Source of the DNA: Roseovarius sp.
Lineage (GTDB): Bacteria; Pseudomonadota; Alphaproteobacteria; Rhodobacterales; Rhodobacteraceae
Direction of reading: 5' to 3'
Length of the DNA: 64,000 nucleotides
Assembly (NCBI RefSeq): GCF_030373445.1
Contig: NZ_JAUCYU010000007.1
Location: forward strand, 94,215-158,214
Made by a program: the position numbers and the translations under genes. The notes under the pieces are model-generated. The model was not told where the DNA came from, searched no databases, and saw only the letters and a list, made by a program, of their open reading frames with translations. This document shows, one piece after another, positions 48,657-58,857 of this stretch; position 1 is the first letter of the stretch; each line of letters opens with the position of its first letter.

Positions 48657-48716
48657 CAATTTTGTCCCGCACCCCCTTGCAATGACTTGCCGCACCGTCT
48701 AGATGCTCGTCTCCAC

Positions 48717-48793
48717 GGACCGATAGCTCAGCTGGATAGAGTACCTGACTACGAATCAGGGGGTCGGGGGTTCGAATCCTCCTCGGTCCGCCA
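48717..48793 (+). tRNA. tRNA-Arg (anticodon ACG)
   Basis: GGACCGA acceptor pairs with TCGGTCC. D-loop AGCTGGATAGAG. Anticodon stem CCTGA/TCAGG with loop CTACGAA. T-loop GGTTCGAATCC. Encoded CCA. Confidence 0.9.
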
Positions 48794-48925
48794 CTTCCCT
48801 CCAAGGAACACGTTGCGGGACACGCCGCCGCCTCGCCGAGGGGGCGAAGACCGGCGGGTTTTGGCGCGGCGGGTTCGTAGCTATGGCGGCGCAGATGACA
48901 CCCTTCCAGCCCGAGCGCGACCGTC

Positions 48926-49498
48926 ATGACTGACCCGGCCGATCCCGCAGACCTGCTGACACGGGTGCTGTGCCAGTTGCGCGCCAGCCATCCCGACCTC
49001 GTGCAACGGCTCGCCCCGGGGCACTGGCAGGTCACGCCGGCGGGTTTTGCCCCTGCCCCCGCCTGCGCGCACCTGCCCGAGGCCGTGGCTCACTGTCCCG
49101 AGACCGGACCAATGGCCGACACGGCCCGCCGCCTCGCCGCCCTCGTCCATCACCTGCCTTGGACCGCCGATTACCCGGATCACCCGGTGCTGAAGGAGGC
49201 CTTCGCCCATGCCGTCATCGCCCGCAGCGAGGGCGCGCTGCTGGGGTGCAACCTGCTGGCCCCGCACACGGCCTACCCGGCCCATGCCCATCTCGCCTGC
49301 GAAATCTACCTTCCCGTCAACGACAGCGGTGCGCTGTTCTGGCAGGCCACCACGGGCGCCGACACGCCCGCCATCCCCGGCCAGCCTGTCATCCACGGCC
49401 CGTCGGAACCCCATGCCCTGACCACCCGCGACCGCCCTGCCCTCAACCTCTGGCTTCAGCATGGCGAGGCGCCGGGCGGGCCCACATGGTTCACCTGA
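48926..49498 (+). CDS. Cupin-fold protein resembling DMSP lyase family members (DddQ/DddL-like)
   Basis: 190 aa. Metal-binding cupin motif YPAHAHLACEIYLPV (H-x-H-x3-E-x-Y), followed by PGQPVIHGPSEPHAL. Length and motif spacing fit the DMSP-lyase cupins. Function not proven. Confidence 0.5.
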   Translation: MTDPADPADLLTRVLCQLRASHPDLVQRLAPGHWQVTPAGFAPAPACAHLPEAVAHCPETGPMADTARRLAALVHHLPWTADYPDHPVLKEAFAHAVIARSEGALLGCNLLAPHTAYPAHAHLACEIYLPVNDSGALFWQATTGADTPAIPGQPVIHGPSEPHALTTRDRPALNLWLQHGEAPGGPTWFT

Positions 49499-49566
49499 TC
49501 CGCCCTATCGCCTCGACACCGGCGGGCGGACCTGCTCCACTGCGGCAAACCGAAGGGGGACACGCC

Positions 49567-50220
49567 ATGACCGATAAGCCAGCCGCGCCCGACTATTCCT
49601 TCGCCCCGGCGCTTCGCCGCGACATGGAGGCCCGGCTGTCCCGCTTCACCGCCGCCAGCGCCCGCACCGGCGAACTGCGGCTGGCCGCCGTCGCCATCCT
49701 CGTCGCCCCGCGAAAGGACAGCCACGACGCCGGCGTGCTGATCACGCTGCGGCCCACCCGCATCAACCGGCACAGTGGGCAATACGCCCTGCCTGGCGGC
49801 CGGCTGGACGAAGGCGAAACCCCGCTTCAGGCCGCCATCCGCGAAACGCGGGAAGAGCTGGGCCTGACCCTGACCGAGGCCGACCTGATCGGCACGCTCG
49901 ACGATTATCCCACCCGGTCGGGCTTCGCGATGATCCCTCATGTGTTCTGGTGTGCTGATACCTCCGCCATGCAGCCCGACCCGTCGGAGGTGGCGCAGGT
50001 GCATTCCCTGCCCCTCTCGGAACTGGACAGCGACGATATCCCGCTGCTCGACCTGAAACCGCATAGCGAGCACCCGGTCCTGTCGGCCTTCTTCCCGACG
50101 CTCGGCCATACCGTTTACGCCCCCACCGCCGCCGTGCTCTACCAGTTTCGCGAGGTGGCGGTGCGCGGGCTCGACACGCGCGTGGCGCATTACGATCAGC
50201 CGGAATTCGCGTGGAAATGA
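49567..50220 (+). CDS. NUDIX hydrolase (CoA pyrophosphatase-like)
   Basis: ATG 49567. Nudix box GGRLDEGETPLQAAIRETREELGL. Confidence 0.85.
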   Translation: MTDKPAAPDYSFAPALRRDMEARLSRFTAASARTGELRLAAVAILVAPRKDSHDAGVLITLRPTRINRHSGQYALPGGRLDEGETPLQAAIRETREELGLTLTEADLIGTLDDYPTRSGFAMIPHVFWCADTSAMQPDPSEVAQVHSLPLSELDSDDIPLLDLKPHSEHPVLSAFFPTLGHTVYAPTAAVLYQFREVAVRGLDTRVAHYDQPEFAWK

Positions 50221-51020
50221 GCGGGCCCGACCTGGAAGAAGCGCTCGAGACCGCGCATCTGCTGGCCGACGCGGCGGGAGAGATCGCCCGCGCGCACTGG
50301 TTCGCCGCCTCCGAGACCGGGTTGAAGCCCGACGGCACTGCCGTGACCGAGGCCGACACGCAGGTCGAGGCCCGCCTGCGCGAGATCATCGCGGACCGGC
50401 ACCCGGACCATGGCATCCTTGGCGAGGAACAGGGCGCCACCGGCATGGACCGCGCGTTCGTCTGGGTTGTCGACCCGATCGACGGCACGCGGCAATTCGC
50501 GGCGCGGCTGATGAATTTCGGCGTGCTGATCGCGCTCTGCCACGACGGGCGGCCGGTGCTCGGGATCATTGACCAGCCGCTGGCCCGCGCGCGGTATTCG
50601 GCGGCCGAGGGACATGGCGCCACGCTCAACGGGGTGGCTATCTCGGCCAGCGGCACCCGCGCCCTTTCGCAGGCGGTGGTGGCCGTCGCCAATCCCGCGT
50701 CCTTCCCCGAGGAGATGCGCGAACCGGTGGACGCCATCGCCGAGGCCGCGCGGCTGACCGTCCATGACGGCGGGTGCCTTGCCTATGGCGCGCTGGCCCG
50801 CGGGCAGGTCGACCTCTGTCTCAACGGCCCCGACCTCGATGCCTACGACATCTGCGCGCTGGTGCCGGTCGTCACGCAGGCGGGCGGGGTCATCACGGAT
50901 TGGCAGAACCGGCCGCTCACCCTTGCCTCCGACGGGGCGATCCTTGCCGCCGCCTCGCCCGCGCTGCATGCGCAGGCGCTCGACCGGCTGACCCGGCACG
51001 ATCCGGTCTGGATTCCCTGA
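50211..51020 (+). CDS. Inositol monophosphatase family protein (possibly histidinol-phosphatase HisN type)
   Basis: TEADTQVE, GILGEE and WVVDPIDGTRQF. Start is GTG 50211 or ATG 50217, overlapping the NUDIX stop. Confidence 0.85.
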   Translation: MEMSGPDLEEALETAHLLADAAGEIARAHWFAASETGLKPDGTAVTEADTQVEARLREIIADRHPDHGILGEEQGATGMDRAFVWVVDPIDGTRQFAARLMNFGVLIALCHDGRPVLGIIDQPLARARYSAAEGHGATLNGVAISASGTRALSQAVVAVANPASFPEEMREPVDAIAEAARLTVHDGGCLAYGALARGQVDLCLNGPDLDAYDICALVPVVTQAGGVITDWQNRPLTLASDGAILAAASPALHAQALDRLTRHDPVWIP

Positions 51021-51071
51021 CGCGGGCCGCACCGGCTTGCACCTCCCCCGTTCCGGTGGTTCATAGGCGGC

Positions 51072-52124
51072 ATGGCAAACATCCTTGTCACCTTCGGCCT
51101 CATCTGTCTTGGCGCGCTGACCGGCTGGGGGGCTTCGCTCCTCGGGCTGCCGCTGCCCTTCCTGATCGGGCCGCTGCTGATCTGCGCGGCAATCGCCACG
51201 GCCCTGCCGCACCGCCTGCCCGAGGGCTATCGCTTCTCGCACCGGCTTCGGACGGTCTTCATCGGCGTGATCGGACTGATGATCGGGGCGCAGGTCACAC
51301 CCGAGCTGTTCGCCTCGGCCCCGGAATTCGTAGTCACCTTCACGGCGCTGACGCTGTTCGTGGGCGTCTGCCTTGCCTTCAATTTCTGGGTCTTCCGCAG
51401 GCTCGGCGGCTATGACCGGGTCACCGCCTTCTATTCCAGCACGCCCGGCGGGCTGTATGAATCGCTGGCCCTGGGCGAGGCGGCGGGGGGCGACGTGGCG
51501 CGCCTGACACTGCAGCAATTCCTGCGGGTCATCGTGGTGGTGACCGCACTGCCCGTTGGCCTGTCGCTCTGGCTGGGGGAGCCGGTGGGCAGCTCGGGCG
51601 GCGTGACGCTGGCGCGCGATGACGTGCCATGGACGGACCTGCCCTATATCGTGCTGGCCGGGGCGGCGGGATATTTCGGCGGCAAGCTGCTGCGCTTGCC
51701 GGCGGCGCAGTTGACCGGGCCGATGGCGGCGGCGGCGATCATGTCGGTCACCGGACTTTTCCACGTGGATATCCCCATCTGGCTGGTGAACATCGCCCAG
51801 ATCATCGTCGGCTGCGCGTTGGGCATGCGCTTTACCGGCCTGTCGCGCGGGCTGATCCTGCGCGGCGCGGGGCTGTCGCTCCTGTCGGTGGGCGGCATGC
51901 TGGTGCTGGCGCTGGTCTTCGCGTTTGCGGTCGTGCCCTTCGTGGCGGAACCGATCGACGTGCTGCTGATCAGCTTCGCCCCCGGCGGCGTGACCGAGAT
52001 GTCGCTGGTGGCGCTCAGCCTGCAGGCCAACCCTGCCTTCGTCACCCTGCACCACATCTTCCGCATCCTGATCACCGTGGTCTGGCTGATGGCCTCGGCC
52101 CCGTGGGTGCGGCGCAATTTCTGA
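51072..52124 (+). CDS. AbrB-duplication family membrane protein (putative transporter)
   Basis: 350 aa with about 10 TM segments. Internally duplicated, with each half carrying PLPFLIGPLL / AAQLTGPMAAA-type motifs typical of the AbrB (so-called ammonia monooxygenase-like) membrane family. Confidence 0.7.
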   Translation: MANILVTFGLICLGALTGWGASLLGLPLPFLIGPLLICAAIATALPHRLPEGYRFSHRLRTVFIGVIGLMIGAQVTPELFASAPEFVVTFTALTLFVGVCLAFNFWVFRRLGGYDRVTAFYSSTPGGLYESLALGEAAGGDVARLTLQQFLRVIVVVTALPVGLSLWLGEPVGSSGGVTLARDDVPWTDLPYIVLAGAAGYFGGKLLRLPAAQLTGPMAAAAIMSVTGLFHVDIPIWLVNIAQIIVGCALGMRFTGLSRGLILRGAGLSLLSVGGMLVLALVFAFAVVPFVAEPIDVLLISFAPGGVTEMSLVALSLQANPAFVTLHHIFRILITVVWLMASAPWVRRNF

Positions 52125-52191
52125 CACTTTGACAGGGGCGGCCCCAAAGGCTACCTGAACGCATGTTCAATTCCTGACGGGAGAGCCGCCC

Positions 52192-52947
52192 ATGCGTATC
52201 GAAAACACCGCTGCCATCATCACCGGGGGCGCCTCGGGCCTCGGCGAGGCCACTGCCCGCCATTTCCGCGCGCGCGGCGCACAGGTGACCCTGCTCGACC
52301 GCGACGAGGAGCGCGGCACCGCCGTGGCGAACGAGATCGGCGCCGGTTTCGTCAAGACCGACGTGACCGACGAGGCCTCGGTCCAGGCCGCCATTGCAGC
52401 CGCGTCCGAGGCGATGGGCAAGATCACCTGCGCGGTCAACTGCGCCGGCATCGCGCCGGCGGCCAAGACGCTGGGCAAGGAGGGGCCGCACGATCTCGGC
52501 ACGTTCCAGCAGACGATCAACATCAACCTCGTCGGCAGTTTCAACGTCGCGCGGCTTGCCGCGGCCGAGATGGCGAAGGCCGAACCCGGCGACGACGGCC
52601 TGCGGGGGGTGATCATCAACACCGCCTCCGTCGCCGCCTTCGAGGGGCAGAAGGGACAGGCGGCCTATGCCGCGTCGAAGGGCGGGGTCGTGGGACTGTC
52701 GCTGCCGATGGCGCGCGACCTTGCGCGCGAAGGCATCCGGGTCATGGCCATCGCGCCGGGCCTGATGCTGACGCCGATGCTTCTGGGCCTGCCGCAGGAG
52801 GTGCAGGACCAGCTGGCCGCCGACGTCACCTGTCCGCGCCGGCTGGGCGACCCGGACGAATACGCGAGCCTCGCCCGCTTCATCGTGGAATGCGATTACC
52901 TGAACGGCGAGGTGATCCGCATCGACGGCGCGCTGCGCATGCAATAG
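52192..52947 (+). CDS. Short-chain dehydrogenase/reductase (3-hydroxyacyl-CoA dehydrogenase type II-like)
   Basis: TGGASGLG, NCAGI, catalytic YAASKGGVVGL, and IRVMAIAPGLMLTPM. Confidence 0.9.
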   Translation: MRIENTAAIITGGASGLGEATARHFRARGAQVTLLDRDEERGTAVANEIGAGFVKTDVTDEASVQAAIAAASEAMGKITCAVNCAGIAPAAKTLGKEGPHDLGTFQQTININLVGSFNVARLAAAEMAKAEPGDDGLRGVIINTASVAAFEGQKGQAAYAASKGGVVGLSLPMARDLAREGIRVMAIAPGLMLTPMLLGLPQEVQDQLAADVTCPRRLGDPDEYASLARFIVECDYLNGEVIRIDGALRMQ

Positions 52948-52971
52948 CGCGCGCGCCGCCGGCACGGCGGA

Positions 52972-53394
52972 TCAGGCGTTTTCCTCTTCCGCCTGCCGGT
53001 CACCGGCGCCGCTGTCGACCTGGTCGGCCAGCGCCTCGGCGCGCGCGGCCAGCTCGGCCATCGCATCCATGACGTCATCGGGCAGCACCGGCACCTCGAT
53101 CCGCTCCGGCTGGGGCTGGGCGTTGCGCAACTGGTCGAGCTCGGCCTCCTTCTCCTGAAGCTTGTCCTCGGCCTCGCGCAGCTTGTCCTGCATCCCGGCG
53201 GTCTTGTCGGCCAGCATCAGCCCGGCCATCAGCAACATCCGCGCCTCGGGGATACGGCCGATCTGCGAGGCCAGGACCGAGGCTTCCTCGTCCAGCATCT
53301 TGGCGGCGAACTTGAGGTAGTGTTCTTCGCCCTCCTGGCAGGCGACCTCGAAGGTCCGGCCGCCGATTTCAATCTCGATCTCGGGCATGCTCAT
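52972..53394 (-). CDS. zapA: Cell division protein ZapA-like
   Basis: EIEIGGRTFEVACQEGEEHYLKFAAKMLDEEA...ARMLLMAGLMLADK, followed by a coiled-coil tail. Confidence 0.75.
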   Translation of the reverse strand: MSMPEIEIEIGGRTFEVACQEGEEHYLKFAAKMLDEEASVLASQIGRIPEARMLLMAGLMLADKTAGMQDKLREAEDKLQEKEAELDQLRNAQPQPERIEVPVLPDDVMDAMAELAARAEALADQVDSGAGDRQAEEENA

Positions 53395-53909
53395 GTCTCC
53401 GCCTGTTTCGCGGCCCGCAGGTTCTCGACCGCCTCGTTCAGCTCCGTGTAGATGATCGTGGTCTCGGCCCGGTCGGCGGCACGCACCGCGCGCAGCCCTT
53501 CCAGCTCGACCTCCATCGCCGTGTTGATCAGCTCCGCGTCGCCGACGCCGGCCCCGTTGGCCTCGCGCAGGAGACCGTTGATCTCGCGCAGCTTCTCGTT
53601 CGCGGCGCGCAGGCCCTGCAGTTCGCCATCGAATTTCTTCAGGCTGCCGGCGACATCGTCCCGCGCCGACTGAAGCTCTTCCTCCAGCCTCTGGCGGCGG
53701 ACCTGAAGTTTCTTGACGCGCTCGCGCAGCTGTTCGTTGGCCACCTTCTCGTCCTCAAGCTCCTGCCGGAGCGCCTCGATCTCGGCGGGCTCCGTCGCGG
53801 CGGGGGCGGCGCCCTCCGTGCCGCCGGCCTCTCCCATGCGGTCGATCCCCTGTCCGATCCGGTCGAGCGCGGCGGCGATCCGGCCCTGTAGGTCCTCTAT
53901 CTGGCTCAT
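53391..53909 (-). CDS. Coiled-coil protein upstream of zapA (ZapB/DUF4164-like)
   Basis: 172 aa with heptad-rich sequence ([34 protein letters not shown]). Overlaps the zapA start. Confidence 0.6.
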   Translation of the reverse strand: MSQIEDLQGRIAAALDRIGQGIDRMGEAGGTEGAAPAATEPAEIEALRQELEDEKVANEQLRERVKKLQVRRQRLEEELQSARDDVAGSLKKFDGELQGLRAANEKLREINGLLREANGAGVGDAELINTAMEVELEGLRAVRAADRAETTIIYTELNEAVENLRAAKQAET

Positions 53910-54096
53910 ATCCCCAGTCCTTCATCTGCTTTTCTTGGTCCTGCCGCGAATCGGCGGCCGAACGTTCTCAGCCAACTCTACAAAATCGCAGGGAAAAGTT
54001 CGCCCCCTCAAAATCGCCCGGCCAAGTACGCTTGAACTTTGGCCCGTGGCTGGTATTCAGCCGTCAACCGGTTTTCATATCAAGGATGCCAGACCC

Positions 54097-56115
54097 GTGG
54101 ATATCGCCGCCCTTCGCACTGCCAATCCCGACCACTGGAACAAGGCCGCGGCGATCCGCGCGCTGACGCTCGACGCCGTGCACGCGGCCAATTCCGGCCA
54201 TTCCGGCATGCCGATGGGCATGGCCGACGTGGCGACGGTGCTGTTCGAGAAACACCTGAAATTCGATGCGGCCGATCCCAACTGGCCCGATCGCGACCGG
54301 TTCATCCTGTCGGCGGGCCACGGCTCGATGCTGCTCTACTCGCTGCTCTATCTCACCGGCTACGAGGGGATGACGCTCGACCAGATCCGCAATTTCCGCC
54401 AATGGGGCGCGATCACGGCCGGCCATCCGGAAAACTTCCTGCACGATGCGATCGAGACCACGACCGGCCCGCTGGGCCAGGGCATCGCCAATTCCGTGGG
54501 CTTCGCCATCGCCGAGGAGGCGCTGCGCGCCCGCTTCGGCCGCAAGCTGGTCGATCATTACACCTATGTCATCGCCGGCGATGGCTGCCTGATGGAGGGC
54601 GTGAGCCAGGAGGCGATCACGCTGGCGGGGCGCCAGGCGCTGGGCAAGCTGATCGTGCTGTGGGACAACAACAACATCACCATCGACGGCGAGGTGGGCC
54701 TCGCCGACCGCACCGACCAGCCCAAGCGCTTCGCCTCGGCCGGGTGGCAGGTGATCGAGATCGACGGCCATGACCCCGACGAGATCGACGCGGCGCTGAC
54801 CAAGGCGAAAACATCCCGCCGCCCCACGATGATCGCCTGCAAGACCCATATCGCCCTAGGCCACGCGGCGCAGGACACCTCGAAGGGTCACGGCGCGCTC
54901 ACCGACGAGGGTCAGCTCCAGGCCGCGAAAGAGGCCTATGGATGGACAGGTGGCCCGTTCGAGGTGCCTGCAGACATCAAGTCGGCCTGGGAAGAGATCG
55001 GCCGCCGCGGCGCCGAGGAGCACGCCGCATGGAACGCCCGGTTGTCCGAGACCTCCGAGCGCCGCCAGAAGGAATTCGCGCGGATCATGGCCGGCGAGGC
55101 GCCGAAGAAGCTGTCGGCCCGGATCACGGCACTGAAACAGCAGATCAGCGCCGAGGCGCCCAAGGTCGCCACCCGCAAATCGAGCGAGATGGTGCTCGAG
55201 GTGATCAACCCGATCATGCCCGAGACCATCGGCGGCTCGGCCGACCTGTCGGGCTCCAACAACACCCGCACCGGCGACATGAGCGTGTTCGACACCGGCA
55301 ACCGCAAGGGCCGCTATATCCATTACGGCATCCGCGAACACGCCATGGCGGCGGCGATGAACGGCATGGCGCTGCATGGCGGCGTGCGCCCCTATGGCGG
55401 CACGTTCATGTGCTTCACCGACTATGCCCGCCCCTCGATGCGGCTGGCCGCGCTGATGAAGGTGCCCTCGGTCTTCGTCATGACCCATGACAGCATCGGC
55501 CTTGGCGAAGACGGGCCGACGCACCAGCCGGTCGAGCATCTCGCGATCAGCCGGGCCACGCCCAATACCTATGTCTTCCGCCCCTGCGACACGGTCGAGA
55601 CGGCGGAAGCCTGGGAACTGGCGCTGCGATCCACCTCGACGCCGTCGGTCCTGTCGCTGACCCGCCAGGGCGTGCCGACGCTGCGGACCGAGCACAAGCG
55701 CCGCAACATGACCGCGCTCGGCGCCTACGTTCTGGCCGAGGCCGGGGCGAGCCGCAAAGCCATCCTGATGGCCACCGGTTCGGAAGTTCACGTGGCGCTC
55801 GCGGCCCGCGACCTGCTCGAGGCCGAGGGTATCGGCACCCGCGTCGTCTCGATGCCCTGCTGGGAGTTGTTCGCCGAACAGGACGAAGGCTACCGCAAGC
55901 GCATCCTGCCCGGCGGCGACATCGTCCGCGTGGCGGTCGAGGCGGGCGTGCAACAGGGCTGGGACCGCTGGCTTTACGGAGAACGCGGCCGGGCGAAGAA
56001 GGCCGGGTTCGTGGGCATGGACAGCTTCGGCGCGTCGGCCCCGGCCGAGGTGCTGTTCGAGAAGTTCGGCATCACGGCGGAGGCGGTGGCCGAGAAGGTC
56101 CGCTCGCTGCTCTGA
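54097..56115 (+). CDS. tkt: Transketolase
   Basis: GTG 54097, 9 nt after [53 protein letters not shown] and [16 protein letters not shown]. Confidence 0.95.
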   Translation: MDIAALRTANPDHWNKAAAIRALTLDAVHAANSGHSGMPMGMADVATVLFEKHLKFDAADPNWPDRDRFILSAGHGSMLLYSLLYLTGYEGMTLDQIRNFRQWGAITAGHPENFLHDAIETTTGPLGQGIANSVGFAIAEEALRARFGRKLVDHYTYVIAGDGCLMEGVSQEAITLAGRQALGKLIVLWDNNNITIDGEVGLADRTDQPKRFASAGWQVIEIDGHDPDEIDAALTKAKTSRRPTMIACKTHIALGHAAQDTSKGHGALTDEGQLQAAKEAYGWTGGPFEVPADIKSAWEEIGRRGAEEHAAWNARLSETSERRQKEFARIMAGEAPKKLSARITALKQQISAEAPKVATRKSSEMVLEVINPIMPETIGGSADLSGSNNTRTGDMSVFDTGNRKGRYIHYGIREHAMAAAMNGMALHGGVRPYGGTFMCFTDYARPSMRLAALMKVPSVFVMTHDSIGLGEDGPTHQPVEHLAISRATPNTYVFRPCDTVETAEAWELALRSTSTPSVLSLTRQGVPTLRTEHKRRNMTALGAYVLAEAGASRKAILMATGSEVHVALAARDLLEAEGIGTRVVSMPCWELFAEQDEGYRKRILPGGDIVRVAVEAGVQQGWDRWLYGERGRAKKAGFVGMDSFGASAPAEVLFEKFGITAEAVAEKVRSLL

Positions 56116-56185
56116 GGCGGCTGGCCGGGGCGCCCGGAACCTGAGCGAGATTCCGGGCGCGGCCGTTCCCTGACCGCCCGCCGCC

Positions 56186-57808
56186 CTAAAGCGCCGTCGC
56201 CGTGATCGACCGGTCCACCACCCGGATGTCCGAGGCCGTCAGCGACTGCCCGCCCATCACGTTGGCGATGACGATCCCGTCGACCACGATATCCGCGCCC
56301 TGCCCGTCATCCCAGACCGCGACGGAGAGGTCGTCGGCCTCCTGATCCGGCGCCAGCGCCACGACGATCAGGTCCTCGCCTGCGTCGAAATCCGTCACCT
56401 GCGTGGCGGGCAGCGGCTCCACCCCCTCGGGCGTGGCGTCATGGTCGATGCCGAACGTGTCCGCGCCCGGGCCGCCGGTCAGAACCGCGCCGTCCTTCGA
56501 GACCAGCACGTCGTCGCCCGCGCCGCCGATCAGCGTGTCGGTCTCGATCGTCCGGTAATATTCCACCCCGCCCGGGCCTTCGTCATCATCGTCGAAGCCT
56601 TCCAGCATCCCGCCCGAGCCGGTCAGCGAGTCGTTGCCCGCCCCGCCATCGACGAAATCCGCCCCGGCGCCGCGTTCGGCCCGAACGACGTCGTCGCCGC
56701 CGCCGGCCTCGATGGTGTTGGGCAGCGCATTTCCCGAGATCCAGTCGTCGCCATCGCCGGCCGCAAAGCTCTCGGTCTCCTCTTCCAGCTCGATGAAGAC
56801 GTCTGTATCCGCGAGGTCGAGATCCTGCCCGCCCGCGATCTCGGCGATCAGGTCGTCGCCATAGTAGAGGTCGGCGCCCGTGCCGTCCTCCCACGGCTCC
56901 AGCGTCAACGCGCCGCCGCTGGTCTCGTTCACGCCGAGGCTCAGTTGCAGACGGTCGACCTCCGGGTCGAAATCGGTGATCCGCGTCACGTTGTCGTCGA
57001 ACAGATCATCCAGCAGCAGGAAATTATCGGCCCCCTCGCCGCCCGTCACCGTGCTGCCGCCCTCGAAGACCAGTTCGTCGTCGCCCGGCCCGCCGTCCAT
57101 GACGCTCCAGCCGGGGCCGTCGTCGCGAGGGATGTCGGCGTCGACCAGCCGGTCGTCGCCCGCGCCCCCCAGAAGCGTATCGATCCCCGGCCCGCCTTCC
57201 AGCCGGTCATCGCCCGCGCCTCCGTCGACAAGATCGTCGCCACTGTCGCCGCTCATCGTGTCGTCGCCGCCGCCGCCGCGCAGAGCGTCGTCGCCCGCCC
57301 CGCCATCGAGGCGGTCACCCTCGCCATTGCCTTCGATCGAGTCGTCGCCCGCGCCACCGAAGATCGAATCCGTCCCCGGGCCGCCCGTCATCGTATCCTC
57401 GCCCTCGTCACCGATAATCCGGTCATCCCCGCCATGGCCGTCGATCACATCGTCGCCGGCGTAGCCGCGCAGTTGGTCACTGGCGTTCCCGCCCTCGATC
57501 GTGTCGTCGCCGGCGTAAAGCGCGCGCAGCTCTTCGTAGGTCAGCTCGTCTTCGGGGTCGTCTTCCGGCTCGTCTTCGGGGTCATCTTCGCCGGGCTCCT
57601 CGTCCTCGACCGGCGGCCCGTCGCCCCGGCCCAGCAGCTCGTCGAGGTCCGTATCCTCGCCCGACGCTGCAACGGCGTCATCGTCGTCATCCCCGATCCA
57701 GTCGACCAGGAACGCCCCCGCCACGACCAGCGGCAACAGCAGCAAAAGTTCCAAAACAACACCCCCCGGCACGAATACAACCGTAACGTTACCTGCATCG
57801 GGGCGCAT
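56186..57808 (-). CDS. RTX-type calcium-binding repeat protein with N-terminal transmembrane anchor and acidic linker
   Basis: N-terminus VVLELLLLLPLVVAGAFLVDWI, then a D/E/P-rich linker, then many GGxGxD nonapeptides (GGAGDDSIEG, GGAGDDALRG, GGAGDDRLEG, GGAGDDRLVD, GGAGNDSLTG, GGAGDDVLVS, GGPGADTF). Confidence 0.8.
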   Translation of the reverse strand: MRPDAGNVTVVFVPGGVVLELLLLLPLVVAGAFLVDWIGDDDDDAVAASGEDTDLDELLGRGDGPPVEDEEPGEDDPEDEPEDDPEDELTYEELRALYAGDDTIEGGNASDQLRGYAGDDVIDGHGGDDRIIGDEGEDTMTGGPGTDSIFGGAGDDSIEGNGEGDRLDGGAGDDALRGGGGDDTMSGDSGDDLVDGGAGDDRLEGGPGIDTLLGGAGDDRLVDADIPRDDGPGWSVMDGGPGDDELVFEGGSTVTGGEGADNFLLLDDLFDDNVTRITDFDPEVDRLQLSLGVNETSGGALTLEPWEDGTGADLYYGDDLIAEIAGGQDLDLADTDVFIELEEETESFAAGDGDDWISGNALPNTIEAGGGDDVVRAERGAGADFVDGGAGNDSLTGSGGMLEGFDDDDEGPGGVEYYRTIETDTLIGGAGDDVLVSKDGAVLTGGPGADTFGIDHDATPEGVEPLPATQVTDFDAGEDLIVVALAPDQEADDLSVAVWDDGQGADIVVDGIVIANVMGGQSLTASDIRVVDRSITATAL

Positions 57809-57847
57809 TTCAAGGCGTCAGTCTGTTTCCGGAACCGGAACGCCCGG

Positions 57848-58819
57848 TCACACGAACGGGTTGAGCCGTGCCACCCGCTGCCACACCGGGGTAATCAGCT
57901 TCGTTCCCACCGGCACCAGCAGCAAACCCAGAGCCAGGCCGAACACCCCGTCCAAAGCCGCGACGATCACCCATGTCACCGCCCCGCTGGCCTCGCCCGC
58001 CTCGTGGCCGATATCCTCGGCGAAATGGTGGATCCCGTCATAGATCACCGGCCAGCCCAGCGTGTCGAGCCCGTGGATGATGATCGACCCGCCGACCCAG
58101 AGCATCGCCGCCGTGCCCACCACCGTCAGAAGCCACATGAACCGCGGCATCGCCCGCACGATCCCGCGCCCCAGAGCCCGGGTCAGCCCCAGCATCCCGT
58201 TCTTCGAAATGTAAAGCCCGACGTCATCGGCCTTCACGATCAGCGCCACCGCGCCGTAGACCGCCGCCGTGATCCCCACGGCCACGATGGCCAGCGTCGC
58301 CCCCTCCATCCAGATGTTGCTGGGCGGAATGGCGGCGAGCGCGATGGTCATGATCTCGGCCGACAGGATGAAGTCGGTCTTGATCGCGCCCTTGACCTTT
58401 TCCTCCTCCAGGTGGGCCGGGTCGGCGATCTTGTGGCTGCCGTCCGGGCCGCCATGCTCGTGCCCGAACCCCAGGGCATGGGCCACCTTCTCGGCCCCTT
58501 CGAAACACAGGTAGGCCCCGCCCAGCATCAGCAGCGGCGAAATCAGCCACGGCGCGAAGGCCGACAGCGCCAGCCCGGCGGGCAGCAGGAACACCAACTT
58601 GTTGATCAGCGATCCCCGCGCAATCCGCCAGACGATGGGCAATTCCCGCTTGGGCGCGAAGCCCTGCAGGTATTTCGGCGTCACTGCCGCGTCGTCGATC
58701 ACCGCGCCCGCGGCCTTGGCGCCGGCCTTGGCCGCCTGCCCCGCCACGTCGTCGACCGAGGCCGCCGCAACCTTCGCCAATGCCGCCACGTCGTCCAGTA
58801 ATGCCAGAAGTCCGCTCAT
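57848..58819 (-). CDS. DUF808 (YedI-like) inner-membrane protein
   Basis: MSGLLALLDDVAALAK..., RELPIVWRIARGSLINKLVFLLP and PLLMLGGAYLCFEGAEKV closely follow the E. coli YedI pattern I recall. Confidence 0.75.
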   Translation of the reverse strand: MSGLLALLDDVAALAKVAAASVDDVAGQAAKAGAKAAGAVIDDAAVTPKYLQGFAPKRELPIVWRIARGSLINKLVFLLPAGLALSAFAPWLISPLLMLGGAYLCFEGAEKVAHALGFGHEHGGPDGSHKIADPAHLEEEKVKGAIKTDFILSAEIMTIALAAIPPSNIWMEGATLAIVAVGITAAVYGAVALIVKADDVGLYISKNGMLGLTRALGRGIVRAMPRFMWLLTVVGTAAMLWVGGSIIIHGLDTLGWPVIYDGIHHFAEDIGHEAGEASGAVTWVIVAALDGVFGLALGLLLVPVGTKLITPVWQRVARLNPFV

Positions 58820-58857
58820 ACCCTATGTCCCTGACCAAATCGTTGCCTTGAAATAAC

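Noticed and set aside
45984-48695. 903-aa ORF on the minus strand
   Set aside because: It is antisense to the disulfide oxidoreductase and the histidine kinase, with no motifs and Arg/Gly/Pro-rich composition. The same applies to 50196-52127 (-), 56441-58801 (+), 58957-60912 (+), 60759-62177 (-) and 62673-63962 (-).
52948-52971. 6S RNA (ssrS) downstream of zapA, as in many bacteria
   Set aside because: Only 24 nt separate the zapA stop from the SDR gene, so there is no room for a ~160-180-nt RNA.
56186-57808. RTX toxin with a dedicated type I secretion system
   Set aside because: No ABC/MFP/OMP secretion genes or acyltransferase are adjacent. The architecture (N-terminal anchor) does not fit a secreted cytolysin.
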